A stretch of DNA of 64,000 bases from assembly GCF_006345805.1 (NCBI RefSeq), contig NC_043012.1, forward strand, positions 18,662,001 to 18,726,000, in the 5' to 3' direction. The translations under genes were made by a program, and so were the position numbers. The DNA comes from Octopus sinensis (Eukaryota). Numbering within the stretch: position 1 is the first letter of the stretch; each line of letters starts with the position of its first letter. The notes below the pieces were generated by a model. That model made no database searches, was not told the DNA's origin, and saw nothing but the letters and a program-made list of their open reading frames with translations. Shown here in pieces: positions 57,746 through 64,000 of this stretch.

Positions 57746-58180
57746 ACTCTTTACTCTTTTATTTGTTTCAGGCATTTGACTGCGGCCATGCTGGAGCACC
57801 GCCTTTAGTCGAGCAAATAGACCCCGGTACTTATTCTTTGTAAGCCCAGTACCTATTCTATCGGTCTCTTTTGCCGAACCGCTAAGTGACGGGGACGTAA
57901 ACACACCAGCATCGATTGTCAAGCAATGCTAGGGGGACAAACACAGACACACAAACACATACACACAAACACATACACACACACACACACATATATATAT
58001 ACATATATATACATATATAAAACAGGCTTCTTTCAGTTTCCGTCTACCAAATCCAGTCACAAGGCATTGGTCGGCCCAGGGCCATAGCAGAAGAGACTTG
58101 CCCAAGATGCCACGCAGTGGGACAGAACCCGGAACCATGTAGTTGGTTAGCAAGCTATTTACCACACAGCCACTCCTGTC
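57746..58180 (-). mobile_element. SINE family A, best-preserved full-length copy
   Basis: Minus strand CAGGAGTGGCTGTGTGGTAA (A box)...GGTTCTGTCCC (B box)...internal (TA)/(TG)n...GGCGGTGCTCCAGCATGGCCGCAGTCAAATGCCTGAAAC plus AAAAGAGTAAAGAGT tail. Confidence 0.92.
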
Positions 58181-58186
58181 TCTGTT

Positions 58187-58268
<82 letters not shown>

Positions 58269-58269
<1 letters not shown>

Positions 58270-58565
58270 CGGCCACGAACGTAAAAAGCACCATCCGTTC
58301 GTGGCCGCTGCCAAACTCGCCTGGCCCCCGTGACGGTGGCACGTAAAAAGCACCATCCGATCGTGACCGTTTGCCAGCCTCGTCTGGCACATGTGCCGGT
58401 GGCACGTAAAAAGCACCCACTACACTCACGGAGTGGTTGGCGTTAGGAAGCGCATCCAGCCGTAGAATCATTGCCAGATCACACTGTGCTTTGTGCAGCC
58501 TTCTGGCTTCCAAGACCCCAGCTGATCCGTCCAACTCATGCTAGCATGGAAAGCGGACGCCAAAC

Positions 58566-58598
<33 letters not shown>
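58269..58598 (+). mobile_element. RTE-type retroposon 3' fragment with internal ~60-bp tandem repeats and (GAT)n tail
   Basis: Three copies of ACGTAAAAAGCACC at ~60-bp spacing, then GGTTGGCGTTAGGAAGCGCATCCAGCCGTAGAA...GCTAGCATGGAAAGCGGACG and (GAT)11. RTE assignment rests on the tail type and my recall of such 3' UTRs. Confidence 0.7.
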
Positions 58599-58602
58599 AT
58601 AT

Positions 58603-59180
58603 AGGCGCAAGCGTGGTTGTGATGTGTGTACCTTGCTTACCAACCACGTTGTTCTGGGTTGAGTCTCTCTCCGTGGCTCTTTAAGCAAGAGTCTTCTAGT
58701 ATAGCCTCGGGGCAATCGAAGACTTGTGGGTATATCAGTAGAGGGAAACTGAAAGAAGCCTATGAGTATATCAATTTGTGCGTGTATTTGTGCCTGTCTT
58801 TATCCCCCATCACCGATTGACAATCGATGCTGGTGTGTTTACATCCCCGTAATCAGCGGGTCCGAGAGAGATCGATTAAGATCTAGGTATCAAAAATGTT
58901 TTGGTGTCGATTTGGTCGACAAAAACCCATGAAAGCGGTGCTTCACCATGGCTGCAGTCACATTACTGAAGCAAATAAAATAATAAAAGTATATAGATTT
59001 ATATATATCCGCCATCGCTTGACAACCGATGCTGGTATGTTTCCGTCCCCGTAACTTAGCGGTTCGGCAAAACAGACCGATAGAATACGTACTAGGCTTA
59101 CAAACAATAAATCTTGCGGTCGATTTGCTCGACTAAAGACAGTGTTTCATCATGGCCGCAGTCGAATTACTAAAACAAGA
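58603..59180 (+). mobile_element. SINE family A copy (58603-58990) followed by a second 3' half (59005-59180)
   Basis: AGGCGCAAGCGTGGTTGTG head; two successive GACAAxCGATGCTGGTxTGTTT...CATGGCxGCAGTC tails. Confidence 0.85.
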
Positions 59181-59411
59181 ATATATATGGGTACAGAGCA
59201 TCACAAATAGTAAATAACACGAAATACGAAAATATGAAATACGGGAAACAAATGGAGAGCAAGACAATTAACTTAAAGAACGAACCTTAATCATTTTCCT
59301 AGCTGACTATCTATTTCTAATTTTGAGCATCGCCTGCGTAATCAAATCATTCGTTTTCGTTTTTCATGCTATTTATTGCTTGTGACGCCCTGTTCCGATA
59401 TAAACATGCAT

Positions 59412-59460
<49 letters not shown>

Positions 59461-59461
59461 C

Positions 59462-59510
<49 letters not shown>

Positions 59511-59516
59511 ATATAT

Positions 59517-59563
<47 letters not shown>

Positions 59564-59571
59564 TATATATA

Positions 59572-59602
<31 letters not shown>

Positions 59603-59605
59603 CAT

Positions 59606-59713
59606 ATAAGTAAAACATAATATCATGAATAGCGATAGCGAAACCGATCGATGTATCAAAAAATTATATTAAAACTATATAAGTGTGCGTATTTTCCATT
59701 TTTAATTTCTTAT
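59606..59713 (+). repeat. 108-bp inverted copy of the PLE 3' terminus at 61583-61690
   Basis: Three mismatches versus the reverse complement of 61583-61690; both copies border (TA)n. Confidence 0.92.
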
Positions 59714-59723
59714 ATATATGTAT

Positions 59724-59790
59724 CTGCATAATGTACTCCTTATTCCTTCGGAATTAGGAATATGCAGCCTTCGAAACATATGTCGAGAAT
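59724..59790 (+). ncRNA. 5'-truncated hammerhead remnant (stem II, GAAA, stem III)
   Basis: CTGCATA..TCCT.ATTCC ttc GGAAT.AGGA.TATGCAG hairpin, then CCTTC-GAAA-CATATG-TC; the CUGAnGA half is replaced by (TA)n. Confidence 0.45.
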
Positions 59791-60719
59791 AAAGGATATT
59801 TGTTAACTAGTCGTTCAACTCCATTCTTTCATATACTTATAATTTAAAATACATTTTAAATATATATATATATATATATATCTATATATATATATAGATA
59901 TATACACACACACATATATATCTGTATATAGACACGCACACGTTATTTTTATATCTATCTCATACCATTTTATTTATACAATACACTAGAGAATAAAGAA
60001 TAGGTAAAACGATTTCATTTTCCTTTTCATTATCGTGATTATAGGTTGGCATTTGTAACATTCATGCAAATTTTTCTATACGGGAAATGACAAAAAAAAG
60101 AAAAAACAGAATAAGATTGAAGAATGTATGGTTCATGGTTTTCTGCTTCAGGGTTCAAAAATTGAATAGACTTAATAATGCTCAACCTGGCGACATTTAC
60201 TAACACTTGAAAAACAATGGAATTGCATATACGCAATGTAATGTCGAAGACTGGATATTAAACATCAAGTTTAATCTCACAAAAGATGCTAAATCTCATT
60301 ACACAGTATGCTTTTTTTGTTTAGTTTTTATCTTCAACATCTCAACCTATAGAGATATTATTCTACATGCATAAATGCTTTATAAATGACAGGGGGAAAG
60401 ATCCCACTTGGGTTCATGTAATACATTATAGGAAATAACTTTCAGTGTAATGAGAGACGAAAATTTTATAGCTAAAAATATATATACTTTGCTTCCATTT
60501 GCAAGCACGCCAAAATATATGTGTAGTTGATCCTTGACATGCACACAAGAGGATCCGCCTCTCTTCTGCATGAGGGTATATTAATCAAGATTATTCTTCT
60601 GCAAAAATCGGCTATATTATACCCATATACGAATGTAGACATAAATACATACATAGAAAGATAAATGTATACACATATAAATACATAGATACATTAATAT
60701 ATATTTACGTATGTATGTA

Positions 60720-60925
60720 CTTTTTATATTTCTTGACTTGTTGCAGGCATTAGACTGCGGCCATGCTGGGGCACCATCTTGAGAAATGAATCGACTGCAG
60801 TTCTTTTGTTTTACGCTTGATACTTATTCTATCGGTCTGTTGTTGCCGAACCTTTACCTTACGGGGAGGTAAACACAACACTGGTTGCCAAGCTGTGAGC
60901 GGGTAACAAATAAAAAACACAAAGA
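60720..60925 (-). mobile_element. SINE family A, 3' half
   Basis: GACTGCGGCCATGCTGGGGCACC...TACTTATTCTATCGGTCT...TGCCGAAC...GTAAACACAACAC. Confidence 0.75.
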
Positions 60926-61025
60926 CACACACACAAGCACAAACACACACATACACACACATACACGTACATACACACGCATACAAACATACGCACGCCC
61001 ACAAACACACACACACACACACATA

Positions 61026-61217
61026 CGAGGGGGAGTTGAAAATACAGGATGATTACTTAATGATGAGTTTATTCAACATATTCTCCTCTCAGATTCTTAC
61101 AATTTTTGCAGCAGTCCTTCAGGTTTAATAAGACCTGTATGCGATCTCGTATTGTTAGATCCCCATCCAGGCCTTTCTAGCTAACCCTTAAAGCGAGAAA
61201 CATTTCAGCATCTCTCG
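61026..61217. mobile_element. Mariner/Tc1-type MITE
   Basis: TA|CGAGGGGGAGTTGAAAA ... TTTCAGCATCTCTCG|TTA: degenerate TIRs with a CGAGGG start and TA-like flanks, ~190 bp, non-coding. Confidence 0.65.
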
Positions 61218-61304
61218 TTATGTGTATATATATATATATACATACATGTATATATTAATTTTTAATTTTAAACTTTTAATTTTAATTTTAATTTTAATTT
61301 TATA

Positions 61305-61335
<31 letters not shown>

Positions 61336-61338
61336 TAT

Positions 61339-61411
<73 letters not shown>

Positions 61412-61508
61412 TATACATATATATATATGTATATATATATATACATTCATTTTTAATTTTAAACTTTTAATTTTATAATACACACACACATACATACACA
61501 CATACACA

Positions 61509-61582
<74 letters not shown>

Positions 61583-61585
<3 letters not shown>

Positions 61586-62590
61586 AGAAATTGAAAAAGG
61601 AAAATACGCACACTTATATAGTTTTAATATAATTTTTTGATATATCGATCGGTTTCGCTATCGCTATTCATGATATTATGTTTTACTTATTTGAATATGT
61701 ATTTTTTCTTAAGAAGACATTTTGTCCATGTTTTGTGTGATGAAATTCACAAAAAGAATGAATGACTTCACAAGTAGATAAATAAAGGGAGGTAATTGGT
61801 TGTCGTTATTATTGTTATTGTTGTGGGTAAGGGAGAATATATATGTACAAACAAAGACAAATTTCGAAAACCTTGTTTAGTGAGTGGATATATGTCCAGT
61901 GATGTAATCGTGAATTGAAATATGTAAAAAGATAAAAGTTGGTTATGTGTGCATATTAAGACGTGTTCTGTATTTTTCAATGAAAAACGTTTCTTTATTT
62001 AAACATTCTAATGGAGAGATTGTGTCTTTGCCCTGGTAGAAGGGGAAGGCTGTGAAATTTGGTTTTATGTTTTTGCACATTTTTCTATATGTTCACTGAG
62101 AGGAATTTGCCTGTAATGCGGGAAACAGATTTGGTATTTATGTAGAATGGTTCTCTTTTCAAGGTCATAGCCGTTTGTCCAATATAATTGTGTCAACATA
62201 AATTAGGTTCTCAGAGGCGCAAGTGAAACTACTTTTAATTGTGAACCACTGTCCTTGTTTGAAAAGGGAGATCCGAGCTTTCAAGCAGGTTGGGGCAGGT
62301 TCCACGGTTTGGGCGTCCACATTTTTCACCGGTTGGTTTCGTGTTTGTTTTGTAAAGCTTCGCGTTTGTTAGTAGTCTCTTTAGCGATTTGGCTTGTTTG
62401 TTGCATTTGATGAGTTTGTGTATTTTCAAGATGGCGTTCATTTTTGGATCTCTAGTTGGTAAAGGAAGAGTTTGCACAATAGTGGTGATTGCCTCGCTGT
62501 TTCTGGTGTTGTGTGTGTAGATATAAATAGTAATGTTTTGAGTTGAGGTGTGGTGTTATGTTTTGTTGTTCTTAGTGATTTTGTGTCTAA
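61583..62590 (-). mobile_element. Decayed Penelope-like element 3' portion (second endonuclease subtype) with pLTR
   Basis: Minus strand KQAKSLKRLLTNAK...KCGRPNRGTCP...FTIKSSFTCASENLIYV..NYIGQT...HKYQI...LSEHI...FPFY...KETF.IEKY..RLN (62480-61955); the 3' non-coding part ends at (TA)n at 61583. Confidence 0.85.
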
Positions 62591-62645
62591 TTGTTAGACA
62601 CGTTTAATTCCCACGTCGATAAATCAGGGTGGATATGTATGTGTT

Positions 62646-62688
<43 letters not shown>

Positions 62689-63124
62689 GTATGTATGTAT
62701 GTATGTATAAATGTATATAAACACATACACACACAGACACAAACGGAGACTCATGCATATATGTATACGTGTATGTGTCTGTATTTGTTGCATGTATGGT
62801 GGGTTTGACTGTGTGTGCTGATGTGCTCATATATATAAAGTCAAATAACTAATACATAATTTCCATATTTGTCAAACACCTCCTCTTTTAGATTACTTTT
62901 CGTCATCTTCTTTCATGTTTATAATTACATAAAATATTTTCTTTTTTTTTTTATTTATAATAAGTGTATCCCTTCTGATTTTAACTCAGCAGAATTTTGC
63001 TAACGTGTTGAATACATATATTTATATACTTGTGTGAGAATTAACACATGAATTTTAATGCTTTAAAACTTGACAAGAGCCATATACCTCAATACTTGTA
63101 CATACATACGAATACCGCCTTTAT

Positions 63125-63169
<45 letters not shown>

Positions 63170-64000
63170 TATATATATAATATATATATATATGTGTGTG
63201 TGTGTGCGCACGTGTGTGCGTACGTGCGTGTGAATTTGTGTACAAGTGTGTGCGTTGTGTACGTGTGTGTTTATCGGAAGGAGTTTCACGCATAATCTTT
63301 GTCTTGAATTTGGTAATAATAACTTGGCGTCAAAAGATAAGACATGACAAATCACTCGAATACATTGAATAGATGAAAATACCCTCTGGCATCAACAGGG
63401 ATTTCTATATAGAATACTGTTGTGTGAGTGATCGGCATTCGAAATATGAATACAGGTTTAATGGTACAACAAAAGTAAACAATATTTACTTGAATACATG
63501 CTAACAGCAAATGTAAAATCTACGCTATAGATATGTTTATAACTGAGCTTCTCTTAACGATGTTCTTTGTAGCCCTGCTTACATGCATATGCATCCGCAC
63601 ATAATCATAATTACACATTAGCAAACAAACAGACTCTTATATACCATCATCTGCAAACACACACACATACACACACACACACACATTGCTACTAATGTAG
63701 TGACCAGTTTCAAATTATTCCATCTAAAATTTCTTCCTTACCCAATGCATTTCACATTCTCAAAACACACATGTCACGTATTCTTCAGAATAATTTTGAC
63801 GTACGCTCTATAGAATAAATGATATTTGTACGTGTATTTAGAGATTTAATTCAAAGTAAAATCACATATCCTTCAGGTATATATTTAATCTATGCATTCC
63901 GTTAACATATATCTATTCAATTAGGTTTGTTGAATTTATTCAAATATTTGTATCCGCTTCTGTCGTTATCACCTAAGAGTTTTGACTAAGCCTCAGCGTT

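Noticed and set aside
58279-58420. CRISPR-like repeats (ACGTAAAAAGCACC x3 at ~60-bp spacing)
   Set aside because: The spacers are themselves homologous, the context is a eukaryotic retroposon 3' UTR and there are no cas genes.

Overview
AT-rich, microsatellite-saturated eukaryotic intergenic or intronic DNA. The SINE/LINE repertoire and (TA)n/(CA)n density point to an octopod cephalopod (inference from recognised repeat sequences, not from a search). No host protein-coding gene can be confidently called; nearly all supplied ORFs are microsatellite translations. Recognisable content: a decayed 5'-truncated CR1/L2-group LINE (167-2062) and a second LINE 3' end; three decayed Penelope-like element (PLE) GIY-YIG fragments; at least three tRNA-derived SINE families; an RTE-type 3' fragment; a non-autonomous Helitron; a mariner-type MITE; an unclassified element with long TIRs; and a 100-N gap. 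The most interesting signal is a set of minimal type I hammerhead ribozyme (HHR) motifs: stem I-CUGAnGA-stem II-GAAA-palindromic stem III-UH. They lie in short PLE-terminal-repeat-like cassettes between microsatellites and recur as outward-facing inverted pairs: a perfect 327-bp palindrome at 7469-7795, a diverged pair at ~46.0-46.4 kb, and a pair flanking a PLE endonuclease fragment at 4.9/6.3 kb. HHRs in PLE pLTRs are established knowledge. Coding-free hairpin cassettes with one ribozyme on each strand, as a recurring family here, are my inference and need testing.
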